Source: Iphione sp. A-MEVVRFRX5
Taxonomy: Eukaryota
Assembly (NCBI GenBank): GCA_976226885.1
Contig: OZ320320.1
Coordinates: 25,668,001-25,732,000 of the forward strand
Direction of reading: 5' to 3'
Length of the DNA: 64,000 bases
Every line of letters starts with the position of its first letter. The first letter of the stretch is position 1. Positions 50,601-61,260 of the stretch are shown piece by piece. Below the pieces are notes generated by a model. The model was not told where the DNA came from. It saw nothing but the letters and a program-made list of their open reading frames with translations, and searched no databases. The position numbers and the translations under genes are program-made.

Positions 50601-53600
50601 CTTGTTGTAGTGAATACGTCTCCCAAGAACGGCAGTTAGATCAAAACCACATACACATGCATAGTATCCTATCATTTCAGCAACAAACAGGTAATCATTG
50701 GTTTACGTCCGTGAAGATGATTATAAGGCCTGGCATAATATTTTTTTTTTGTTTTTGTTTTCATTTCATAAGTGTGTCGGCTTCTTTTGAATACAGGCAA
50801 CACGTTTCTTTTGATAACGACCGAGACTCGTTGCAGCATGATCCTTGGTTTATGTGTACTGTTGAGCGTTTTTATGCATCCATAGACATGAACACAAGTG
50901 TGCATGGAGTTACACAACCCGTTGCAGGTGTGACAAGTGGGGGTAGCATGACCCCGCAGCAAGCAAGGAAGCTCTGCCTCGACTTCCTCCTGGATCAGGT
51001 CCGCAAGCTGACAGGGTTAATGCCAACCGTCGCCGACCTGGGCCTCCCCTCTGGTCGGTTGGACGATTTAACCGAGAAAGGAGACGTGGGCCGCGCGCCA
51101 TCTGCCGTCACTACTGATACACACTTTGGGATCCACCCGTTCTGGATATGCACAGGTGAACATGTCAAAATGTAAACTTTTTAAAATTTTTGTTTGATTT
51201 TTTTTTAGTAAGTTGGTCCTTGTGATTTGCACACAGGGAGTGTGAGGGTCGGCCAGGCGCTCATCATATAAAAAAAGGATGAAATGAACTTTTATATTCT
51301 CTTTATTTTCACTGTTTACATCCTGAACGAAATGGCTGCACTTATTACGGTAATATTTCTTCGGAAATCGAGGATTTTTCTTCTGATTCGGAAAATACGC
51401 ATATGGAGACTTCATTGTACACCAACGAGGCGGTCTTTCTCCTTCAGTATTTGCTCTGCCTACGATCTCCATTAAGTTTTGCCTGAATCTTAATAATATG
51501 GAAAGTCGTTACCTTGAGACCTTACCATATTGTCGTTGTTCTCTCACATCTGAACAGGAGAGCTGGCGGGGAGCAGAGCCCCCGATTCCAGCTACGCCCT
51601 GCTCTCAACAGGAGAGCTGGCGGGGAGCAGGACCCCCGACTCCAGCTACGCCCTGCAGGCCCCCACCACTGGCGCCAATGCCGCGCGGCTGCTGCGGGCG
51701 CTGCAGTTGGCGCGGCCGGTGCTGCTAGAGGGCGCCCCGGGCGTGGGGAAGACCTCGCTGGTGGCAGCCCTGGCTCGGGCAGCCGGCCACCCACTCGTTC
51801 GCATCAACCTCTCCGAGCAAACCGTAAGTGGAGGCCCTTGTTTTGATATGCACTTAGAATTCCAGACAGCTCCCTTCATATACTGAAGGCGATCCTGTCC
51901 ACGGAGAACCATACGACTGGTCTCTTGATACATGTATTTACCATGTAAACAGTTTCCTGGTGCTGCAAACTTTCTACGGGTCATTGATGTGGCCTTTGAA
52001 ATATAGCTCGTTCATAGTGATATCAGTAGGACAAAAACACGTCCGATATTTCTGGAGCTCCGAAGAATACTGCTATTTTCCTGGAACTACGGCTGTACAT
52101 GTACTTGAATTATTTGACTTGCCAGGACGTATCCGACCTGTTTGGCGCCGACCTGCCGGTAGAGGGCGGCACGGGCGGCCAGTTCGCCTGGCGGGACGGC
52201 CCCTTACTACAGGCTCTGAAGGCCGGACATTGGGTGGTGCTGGATGAGGTCAGTCTACAGTCATCCTTTTTCCTCCTGATTTGTAATTTCCCCAATACTG
52301 GCCATTATATTCTGGGAGTGCATAATTTTTTTTTCTGTAGTTATAGGTAAAATCAATCCTTGGAACTTACAAAATTCCTCTGGTATTCACTTTAATTGTA
52401 ATGCCACTCTGCTTGCCTTTTGGTGAGTAAGGTCGCACGGACCCACAACGTTCATCAACGTCCTTTCAGGACATGGTTTCTACACTGCCATACAGGCTAT
52501 TCTAATTCTGCTTAAGGATTTTCTTGATTGCTAGCTAGACTGTAAACTATGTACTCCCAATGAATGGTTCTCTATAAAAATACACCACTGCATCATCATC
52601 ATTGTCGCTGCTGTGTAGACTTATGAGCTTGACTGAATAGTTACCGAGAATCAATCTACTTCTCCCTGGTATTCCAGCTGAACTTGGCCTCGCAGTCAGT
52701 GTTGGAGGGCCTGAATGCATGCCTCGACCACCGCGCCGAGGTGTATGTCCCTGAGCTGGGCCGCTCCTTCCCCGTCAGGCCTGGGGTGACCCGCCTGTTT
52801 GCCTGCCAGAACCCTCTCAGTCAGGGAGGGGGTCGCAAGGGCCTGCCCCGCTCATTCCTCAACCGATTCACACAGGTGAGCAGATCAGAGTGGATTTAAT
52901 ACAAATGAGCATTTCGTTTCGGTATGCAGTTTAAGATGGGACATGGACTCCATGGACTCGGTAGTGCGTTATATTGAATGTAGTCTCTCTTTGCTCGCTC
53001 ATTCACTCACTTACTCACTCAATCACTCACTCACCCACCAATGTGCATTCACTCACACAGTCACTCACTCACTTACTCACACAGTCACTCACTCACTCAC
53101 TCACTCACTACCACACTCTCACAGTCCTCCGTTTCAGTGGTCTTTTGTTCCATTCAATATGTCACCGTTTCTCCGCTAATAGTTATAAGACGAATGTAAT
53201 AATGTTCAGCTGTGAATTTGGATGTCAGCAGATTCTCCGTGGTAACGATCTGTTCTCTCTTTCAACCACCAGGTGTACGTAGAGCCTCTGTCACGTGATG
53301 ACCTGCTGTTCATCACGCGTGCGCTGTACCCAGATCTGCCCTCCAGAATGTTGGCTGATATGGTCGACTTCAATCATGCGGTAAGACACGATTTTTCAGG
53401 ATATGGGATCATCTTCGAAAAGTACATCTCATTACCAGTTTGAAAAAAGAGGAATAAATATACTGGCGAGACCTTGTTCTCATGATCACTTACTTCTTAA
53501 TTTTGGAACGCTTTGTTCTGCCTATAGATGTATCAACAGACCACGGAGGAGAGGAAATTTGGACTCAGAGGCAGCCCGTGGGAGTTCAACCTGCGTGATA

Positions 53601-54989
53601 TCTTCAGATGGTGCGATCTCCTCGTACGAAACCAGGTCAGTTAAATAGATGTGTTCATGCTACACAAGTTTTCTGTTGGAAACGTAGCAGGTGGTTTATC
53701 AAGAAACTAAACTATTGAGTCAAAGTGAATGATTTCTTGACATGATATTATGTTGTATCGATGCTTGCTTCTGGCTTATTTTCGTATAATTCAAAACGTT
53801 TTGAATAATAGAAATAAGGAAAAATGTCTTGATCCAATGGGTCCATCTCATCGTAAACTACTGAGTCAAATTGAAAGTCTTATGATATTATGTAATATGG
53901 ATACCTGCTTCTGGCTTCTTTCCGTTTAATTCAAAGTATTGCGGGGGACAACAGACCTAATAGGTCCTTATATAAATATGGTATACTAAGCCGTCAAACT
54001 TGCTCCTGTTGCGGAATTACATCAGTTCAGTTGAATGCAAGGCGAGTTGCTACTTTAGTTGCTCGTTTGTGGTCGGTATCATGTCTGTCCCTAAAGCAGG
54101 GACTGGCAGGTTTTTGCCAAGTGTTATTGTAGGTGTTTTGCTCTGAAGATATTGCCTTGAACAAATTAGGGACCTCTACCTATGTTGGTGTATACTGTGC
54201 TCTAATAGTGCGCACCAACTTTGCTAGGTATGCTTATGTAAGAAGAAACCGACTCATTGCCTCATATTCTGATAAACTACTAGAGAGAAATTCTCCTTTT
54301 CCAGGTGGACGGCGACTGGGATCCCGGCGAATATGTGAACCTCATTTACACCGCCCGCATGCGCACGCAGTCCGATAAGCACCGTGTCAAGTCACTCTCC
54401 CAGGAGGTTTTCAGGGACGCCTACTTGCCCCTCGACCATGCCTGCCACCTGTCGGTGACTTCCAACACTCTTCAGGTGGGGCACTCTTTCTTGCCGCGCC
54501 GAAAGTGCGTACAGGAAGTGGTTGGCGGCCCTCAGCGACAGGAACTGGAACTACTGCACCACAGCCTGCGCCCCCTGGAGGACCTTATGGATGTGATGAG
54601 CATGAATTGGATGGCGATACTGGTGAGTGAGTTTCGTTGATGACAAGGAATAGGAGCAGGTCAGGATTTGTAATTTAATTTGTTTTCTCTGCGAATCGGA
54701 TTTCTTCTCCTTAAAATGTTTGCAAACGGGAATATTTCCTCTTTAAAATTATTTAAAATTATTTTTCAACACCTGGCTCTAAGTAGAGACTTTTGGAGTC
54801 GATCAGATTTCTGCTCGTGGGTCTGAACATGGTTATCATTGTCACACGCACCCTTTGCAGGTGGGGCCTGCCTCCAGCGGTAAAACTTCACTTGTTCGGC
54901 TACTGGCCCAGCTCACCGGCAACACCCTCTGTGTGTTCCCCATGAACAGCGACATGGACACCACTGAACTGCTGGGAGGATTTGAGCAG
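29657..54989 (+). CDS. MDN1: Midasin (Rea1) AAA+ ATPase, first 41 exons (~2165 codons); the gene is incomplete and the rest presumably lies beyond the window
   Basis: Phase-consistent exons (6495 nt): 29657-29755, 30024-30250, 32171-32261, 32551-32693, 33969-34076, 34267-34456, 34712-34909, 35495-35730, 36205-36319, 36654-36817, 37047-37224, 38019-38131, 38360-38511, 38755-38815, 39129-39243, 39652-39736, 39846-39949, 40269-40405, 40935-41039, 41511-41696, 42023-42098, 42839-42996, 43686-43793, 44140-44318, 44931-45022, 45524-45640, 46125-46271, 46913-47060, 47377-47656, 48051-48180, 48721-49044, 49732-49928, 50323-50576, 50928-51155, 51558(or 51612)-51823, 52126-52248, 52678-52875, 53273-53380, 53528-53635, 54305-54622, 54861-54989. 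Six Walker A motifs: GPVGCGKT, GETGTGKT, GETSVGKT, GETGCGKT, GAPGVGKT, GPASSGKT. An in-frame upstream ATG exists at 29630. Confidence 0.97.
30591..31872. mobile_element. Two inverted left-half copies of the GGTGGACAC MITE family, possibly one composite 1.28-kb element, in MDN1 intron 2
   Basis: TA|CTGGAGGTGGAC at 30589-30602 and GTCCACCTCCAG|TA at 31861-31874; ~65-bp imperfect inverted homology. Confidence 0.5.
31303..31357 (+). other. 55-nt hairpin element, copy 2 (intron 2 of MDN1)
   Basis: Same 12-bp arms and 31-nt spacer as 1415-1469; spacer 21/31 identical. Confidence 0.75.
32986..33324. mobile_element. Harbinger-type MITE (339 bp) in MDN1 intron 4
   Basis: TTA|GGCC... ...GGCC|TTA, with a perfect 24-bp inverted core AAAAATAGGTGTGTTTCTGGTAAC. 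Confidence 0.8.
40548..40674. mobile_element. Complete 127-bp fold-back MITE (TA-flanked) of a dispersed GGTGGACAC family
   Basis: TA|CCAAAGGTGGACACTAGGTGTCTACCTGAGATATAGTCC ... GGACCATATCTCAATTAGACACCTGTGTCCACCTTCGGG|TA. Partial copies at ~13024-13100, 30591-30655, 31806-31872, ~37888-37935, ~43922-43940, 45238-45268 and 49501-49553. Confidence 0.8.
41716..41800. repeat. (TG)n/(TGCG)n microsatellite
   Basis: Directly visible just after MDN1 exon 20. Confidence 0.85.
49230..49453 (+). mobile_element. Possible SINE-like 3' fragment ending in an (AAATG)n tail
   Basis: Tandem AAATG repeats at 49432-49453, preceded by gcataaaaagaccccag...gagtaggggacaaccccgg. No Pol III head was seen; the 5' boundary is approximate. 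Confidence 0.35.
51553..51656 (+). repeat. 54-bp tandem duplication spanning the acceptor of MDN1 exon 35
   Basis: aacag|gagagctggcggggagcagagcccccgattccagctacgccctgc then tctc aacag|gagagctggcggggagcaggacccccgactccagctacgccctgc; AG dinucleotides end at 51557 and 51611. Confidence 0.92.
52995..53125. repeat. (TCAC)n tetranucleotide microsatellite
   Basis: Directly visible. Confidence 0.85.
53706..53940 (+). repeat. Diverged tandem duplication with ~150-bp period in MDN1 intron 39
   Basis: aaacta(t/c)tgagtcaaa...atgatattatgt...tgcttctggctt...taattcaaa occurs twice. Confidence 0.65.
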
Positions 54990-55599
54990 GTCAGTTCAGG
55001 TTTTTGCTCACAACTACTCAGTGGACTCTCACGTCTTCAGGTTCCTTCACTCCTTCGGGTTATAGGCGGTTACTTCTATGTACAGGTATTCCTACATTAA
55101 CGAATCGCATGGGGACGAAGCTCCTTTATTACGAAGTGAATAAAATACCATCATACCAAGCATAAGATACAGAGACTAACGTGCTCTAATGGGCATATGT
55201 AATGCCGGTATTAATTAATGAAGTTGCGTACAACGAAGGAACATATGTGCTTCGTTAATGGAGGTATTGCCTGTACACATGTGCTTGTAATGCCCATCTA
55301 ACTGATGTGTTTTTACTGCACGACTGCCCTGTTGATAATGCCTGTTTCACCGTCATGTTATTGCTTTGATACAAAAACGTAGCTGGCTACCAAAAGGAAG
55401 AAAATCAGGTGGGTTTAGACAAGTTACATTGTAGGCAAGATGCAAAAGTATGTACTCAGGAGATGGCGCCTGAGTGGCTTCTCTCTACTTTATAACTGGT
55501 ACTCTCATAGTCTTAGGGCTATTTATTACTTTATGAGAGAGTTGCAGTTTAGGGCAACAGTATGTCTTCGTGTTTAAGTTAGGAAGTATGTACAATTGC

Positions 55600-55998
55600 C
55601 GGAGTTGACAGGATGGGATGGTCTTGCCAATGGAATTGGCTGAAGGATGTAGCTTAGTCACTGGAGTTGGCAGAAGAAGGGAACATCGGGGTGGCCAAAG
55701 TTGACAGGAGGAGGCATGGTTGCTGGAGTTGACAGGAGGAGGAGGCGTACTTGCTGGAGTTGATAGGAGGAGGCGGCATGGTTGCTGCAGTTGACAGAAA
55801 CAGGTGACCTGGTTGCTAGAGTTGACAGGAAGAGAAGGCATGGTTGCTGGAGTTGATAGGAGGGATGGCATGGATGCTAGAGTTTACATGAAGAGGTGGT
55901 ATTGTTGTTGGAGTTGACAGGAAGAGGTAGTACATGGTTGATGGAGTTTATAGTAACAGGTGAAGTGGATGCTGGAGTTGGCAGGAGGTGGGGGCATG
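55600..55998. repeat. ~30-bp minisatellite, consensus GGTTGCTGGAGTTGACAGGAGGAGGCAT
   Basis: About a dozen degenerate units; explains ORF 55485..55871. Confidence 0.85.
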
Positions 55999-56919
55999 GC
56001 CATGACAGTCAGTGGGACAAGGTGACTTGTTCACTAGAGCCAGTTTAGACATTGGTAGAGTTTGAGGAGCGGAACCTGAGCAGCAGTAGCTAGTCTGAGG
56101 AACACAGTGACTAGATTCAGAAACGAGGAGTCCCGGTCTAGCGACAAGTCATCTGGTAGTGTCAGGAAAATGATCCGGAGGACACATATTACAAATTACA
56201 TCTATTATGCAGGTAACGGCTACATCTTAGACACTAGTTACTACCTTTTTCATAGGTACTCTGCAGAGAAAATTGATTGGTTTAGCAAGAGTTCTCATAT
56301 ATGTGCCAAAATGATGGACATGATGCGCTGGAAGAGAATGGAAATGGTCAGAAATGAGTAGAGCAAAACTGAAATATTAGGAGTCTCGTATAGCAGTATA
56401 TATTTTCTAGTTTACAGATTCAAGGCTATAGCAGTTCCTTTCGTTGGAGCCCTAAACTTAGCCAGATTGTTCACTAAGTACACCTGTACTTATAATACAC
56501 CTAGAGCACTTGTCTTGGAAGTCCATACAAAAGGTAGACGTTTACCGAACAAGGTGGAATTTTGATGAAAGGGCAGCATGGAGGCGGAGTAAGACCGTTA
56601 CTTCAGTGATATTCCAAAGGGTTTTTTTTTTTTTTTTACAGTGTCTGCAACTTGACAGTACATGTCTTACACTTTTTACACGTGTATATGTAACATATCA
56701 CACGTAGCGTCCGGAGGCATAATTACCTGTCCATATAACTGGTTCATATTGTCCTGAAACCAGACAAGTCAAGCTGAACTAACGTTAGTGACTTGTGGAT
56801 TTCAAATATCCGTATTCTCCTCAGCGAACTGCAGGTTGAATCGTGGCGGTCCCCTTGTGTTCATACCTAGTGTCATCAGATGTTGTCACAAAGAACCAGC
56901 TTTGTAATATCTCACCTGT

Positions 56920-57325
56920 CCCGCTACCTCTCACCTCTCATGTCACCGCATGAACGCTAGTTTTCACCATCTTTCACATCGCCTCTCATCTCTCTCACCT
57001 CTCATTTCTCACGCCCCCTCTCATCTCTCTGACCTGTTATTGCCTTTCACCTCTTACACCACCCCTTACCCCTCACACTACCTCTCACCTCTCACCTCGC
57101 ACACCACATCTCACCTCTTTGACCTCTTATGTCTCTCCTCACCTCTCTAACCCCCCTCACCTCTCAAACCACCTCTGATTCCTTATACCACCTATCATCT
57201 TTCATATCATCTCTTACCCCTCTAGTTACCTCTCATTTCTCACACAAACTCTCAACTCCCATACCTCTCACCGCCCGTCACCTCTCACACCTCTCACCAC
57301 CTCCATCATCTCCTCACACTCCCTG
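56920..57325. repeat. CTCTCAC-type pyrimidine-rich low-complexity tract just downstream of the GPCR stop codon
   Basis: Repeated cctctcac/ctctcat units. Confidence 0.85.
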
Positions 57326-57388
57326 ACGGTAGAGTTTTATCTTTAGCTTTCATGTCGTTTGGGCCTGTCTGAAGAAGGCTTGAATTCC

Positions 57389-60148
57389 TTAATGGTTGTT
57401 TTCCCTTCCGTTTGATCTCGTCCAGTTTCTCGACTGGAATTGGCCACCCGTACAGGCTTGGGCTGCGTTGTCTTTTGAGGTAGTCAGCATGGGTGAATGG
57501 CGGAGGTCCTTGAGGCGCCTCGGTTTGCTGCGGTCATACTCGTGCAGTTCTGTAGTAGGAAGAGGTTGGAGGGGGATGATCTCACAGCCACTGTCACTAG
57601 TCGACATGTCACTGTACACCTGCACCGGCTGCTTGGGTGCTGCTCCCCCCTTCCACTCGTCGTCGAGGTACTCGCTGCTCAGGTCGGAGATGCTCGAGGC
57701 CTGGAGGTATGCGGGTAGTGGCACGTTGAGGAACTTCCCAGTCGAGCTTCCGTTCTTAACCGCTACTCCGACCCCAACCCCGCTTCCCCCTTCTCTGCCC
57801 GTGTTCGCTGGCCTCTCTCCCATAGAGAGCGGCGGGCGGTGGGTCTCGGCCACTACGCTAAGCTTCCTCCCCACGGGGGTCGTGGTCCTGGGGGTCAGAG
57901 GCGTCGGGGTTATCACCGCGCCCAGGTACGACGCCCCGGAGTTCAGCTGGAGCGGTGGCTCGCTGGAGCGGCGCACGGGCTCGGCGGCGGCCGGCAGGTG
58001 AGTCGTGCGCGTCGGTTCGCTGATCTTGCGCACGGTGGAGCTGCGGTCGCGCCGCAGGACGCTCTGCAGCTGCATGCTGACGCGGCCTAGGGTGCCGGCC
58101 CGCGGTCGCGCGCCGCCGCCGCCGGTGGCCGTGCTGGACGGGCTGGGGAGCGACTGGCCCCTGAGCCAGTACACCATGCAGCCGCACACCTGGCTCGGCT
58201 GCTGCTTCCCCCGCCGGCAGCAGAGGAAGACGCTGTAGTAGGCGGCCGCCAGGTTGCGGTTGAGCAGCAGGTAGATGATGGGGTTGATCATGGAGTGGCT
58301 GACCGCCAGCAAGGCTGCCCCCTGGTGCACGAAGCCGGGCGCGCCCTTAGCCGAATCGCAGAGCATGAGCACGAAGCTGGGCAGCCAGCAGATGGTGTAG
58401 AGCGTGGTGACGACGAACAGGTTGCGGGTGAGCCGCAGGTTGCTGTGGGTCCGCTTGTTGGTCATCGTCCGCTCCAGTGACTGGACGCTCGAGCGGAAGA
58501 GCCGCCAGATCTGCACGTAGCAGTAGTAGATGATGAGGATGGAGGGGAGGCCCACGAAGCCGGCCTGCAGCGCGTCGAAGAGCACGCTGGTGCTGTTGGA
58601 GGCGCTGAGGCAGATGCGCGTGTGTCTGTCGTAGCCCGGGGTGGCCAGCCGGAAGGCCAGCGGCAGCAGGCACATGAGGCTGATCATCCACACCGCCAGG
58701 ATGGAGAGGAAGATGCGGTGACAGACGAAGTGAGCCTTGTACTTCTCGTTACTCAGCTTCACCATCATGTACCTTGAAAGGGTGACAGCGGGGGCAACGT
58801 TAACGACCAGAGAAGCAATACGCACAAATCGACAGCGATATTCAGAGACATCAACTGCTGCACCAGGAGAGGACAAACAGCGAAAAAAATAAGATAGTTT
58901 TGTGTATTTGCTAAACACCTGAAGTCTACTTGAGATACCGGGGTACATATTAGTTAATCTTTAACATGCCCACAGCAAAACGATGCAGTTGATGTTGCCC
59001 TGCAGCTCAGGGCGGACAGACTACATCAGTGGTTGTATACCGTTACCCCTGATTCTGTAAATGCTTGCCTGTACTTAGGCCATTTTTGGGTAGTGGGAGC
59101 CCCCATTCCCCTGCCCGCAAACCGACTTATTGCAATACTTTGAAAGCCAGTTGTCACTGGGTTCCACTAGCAGATGCCGAACATCCTATATTGCACAGGT
59201 TGCTGTGACAGAATCGGTTTTACGTGGAAATGACTCCAGGAACACCCAGTTCCCCCAAAAAACATGTTGATATTCCTGGTAGGGAGCCAAAGCGTGTAGA
59301 TGTATACCCTAATAAGTCGACCACTATGAAAACATTAACTAGGGGACCTACCTCGTTTGAACTGTTTGTAGTCCTGAAGTACACCTTAAGAACAAATACA
59401 CGTAATTACTTGTATCCCAAACCAAAGATATTTTCTCAAGATTGCTGACATAAGCCACCAGGCATAGGTTGTTTGAATAAAGCCAATATGAAGATGTTGA
59501 CCAGCGTGCCTACCTTGTTGGATCTCTTGGCCATCTCTGTGTACTGTAAAAAGGCATACACTTTGAATACCGACAAAATTGTCTCCACGATCATGCATTT
59601 TCAACAGTCCCTGTTTAAAACCTATGGAGATCCACAGAGCACAGGTTGGAAACAGACACGTGCTTGTATCCAACAACGACACCTTGGGTTTTGAGCCTGA
59701 CTGGCTTTACTCACCGGTTCAGGGCCACGGCACACAAGCTGACGAGCGAGGCCACCATGAACACGTTGACGAGGGCGCCCACCACGTCGCAGCCCTCGGG
59801 CGCCGTCCTGTAGAACGAGGCGAAGGCGTTGAACGGGCAGCAGACGGCGCAGATGAGGAAGTCGCTGACGGCCACGTTGAGCACGTAGAAGTAGGTGGGC
59901 TTCCACAGCAGGCGCGACGAGCTGATGCCGAAGATGAGGCACAGGTTGCCGGCGCCGCCGACCAGCGCCACCAGGATGTAGACGGAGCCGACGGCGACGT
60001 CCGCCGGCGACGGCTGCCAGGGCGGCGCCCGCGACGGCGCGCCCGCCGTCGTGCCCGTCGGCGTCGTCGTCATGGCGACGAGGGAGGGCGGCGGCGGGGT
60101 GAGCGAGTAAGGGTGGGGGACCCCGCGACCGGGTCCCGTATGGTTCAT
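57389..60148 (-). CDS. Class A (rhodopsin-family) GPCR, NRY-type (melatonin-receptor/moody-Tre1/GPR84-like), 605 aa with a ~275-aa C-terminal tail
   Basis: Exons 60148-59715 (AAC CG|GTGAGT) and 58772-57389 (TTTCAAG|G TAC) join in frame (1818 nt). Motifs: N-glycan NHT, TM1 GN, TM2 LNVAVSD, TM3 Cys and ALNRY, TM4 W, ECL2 GYD..TRIC, TM5 P..CY..IW, TM6 CWLP, TM7 NPIIY, helix-8 CC. The start at 60148 rather than the ORF-track start 60349 is inferred from an upstream acceptor (CTGTAG ending at 60162). Confidence 0.9.
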
Positions 60149-60955
60149 GGTAAATGGTTGGCTACAGGTTATTAATGTATCGTCAGATATCGACCCTCTC
60201 CCTCCAGCGAACCAAAGGCGTGTCTGCTCAGCGTAGCTGTCTGGTTTTTCACCACACACACGACCTTTGTTTTCACGCACCACAGAAAAGGATCTGTTGT
60301 CTCGAAGAATAAGGTTTCTTACTTCTCGCTCCTGTTTTGGGGCTGACAATAGCCAGAAATACTAGAAAGTTCCCCCTCTCCAGTTAGATATTTGACTGTT
60401 AATACACTTGGCGATGCCACACATGAAAACCAGGAAAACGATCTTCGTAAAAAAACAACAAAACAACAACAACAAAAACGTGATTAAAATCCTCAAGAAT
60501 TAGTTTTTCCAACCTGTTTCTCCTCGGAAAAACTTGCGAGTGGCAGTGCTAGGCGCCCACGTTTATCTGAATCATCAGTGACCAAAGGGCGCCTCATGTC
60601 AAGGGCACACAGCACCACATCATCGAGCCAAGTCCACTCATTCCAAGAAATGTATGAGGTACAATATTGGGTGTGGTGTACTTGCACACACCCCGGCTTG
60701 ACGATGCCGAATTTTGCTAGCTCCCGTTCGCTGAGCTCTAACCATTATATAACATGGGTCTCCATCGTGTGATCAAAGCCTTCCATCTGTAACCGGGTGT
60801 TGGCGTGTTTTGTGTCATTTTGCTTTTTTTGGATTTTGTTTTTACAATCAAACGCACGCTGAATGGAATGGAAGGTCTTTCTCACACCAGAGCCTTGGTC
60901 GCATACAAAGTATCTCCACGTGTTTCTCTCTGTTGAAATTAAAACTACTCATTAC

Positions 60956-61260
60956 CTGCCGTCCTGTTGGAAGTCCGCTCCGTAGGGAGTTGTCCACTGA
61001 AGGTCAGGAGTTCGGGCCGTTGTGCTTTGCGAACGTTTTTACCTTCAACGGGGACCGCATCGCAGTCATAACACAGTAAGGCACATATAATGGCGAAAAT
61101 TTCCCTTTCTACGGCCGCTTTACGTGTTATTCCCTCTTGATGAAGGAAAACCGAGCCTTTCGGAGAGCCCCAGTTCCCCCGGCAGTTGCAGTAAGCCAGC
61201 GTGTGAGTGGAGAGAGCTGGGATGGGACAGGTGGACGCCACACTGGAATGTAGGCGGACG
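60956..61260 (-). other. Possible non-coding 5' UTR exon of the GPCR
   Basis: Donor GCAG|GTAATG at 60956/60955 upstream of the acceptor at 60162. No ATG in the frame that would extend the GPCR. The 5' boundary is a guess. Confidence 0.3.

Noticed and set aside
58260-58330. Opsin identity for the GPCR
   Set aside because: The TM7 position equivalent to the retinal-binding Lys is Val (LAVSHSMINPIIY).
57396-60175. Long plus-strand ORFs (57396..58001, 59579..60175) as MDN1 exons or an overlapping gene
   Set aside because: They are shadow frames of GC-rich GPCR codons, with no midasin-like motifs and no convincing splice sites.
57389-60349. Two separate GPCR genes, as the two long ORFs suggest
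   Set aside because: ORF 59711..60349 supplies TM1-3 and ORF 57389..58948 supplies TM3-end to TM7. They join in frame at NR|Y with canonical splice sites, and the first 58 codons of the 519-aa ORF are intronic.
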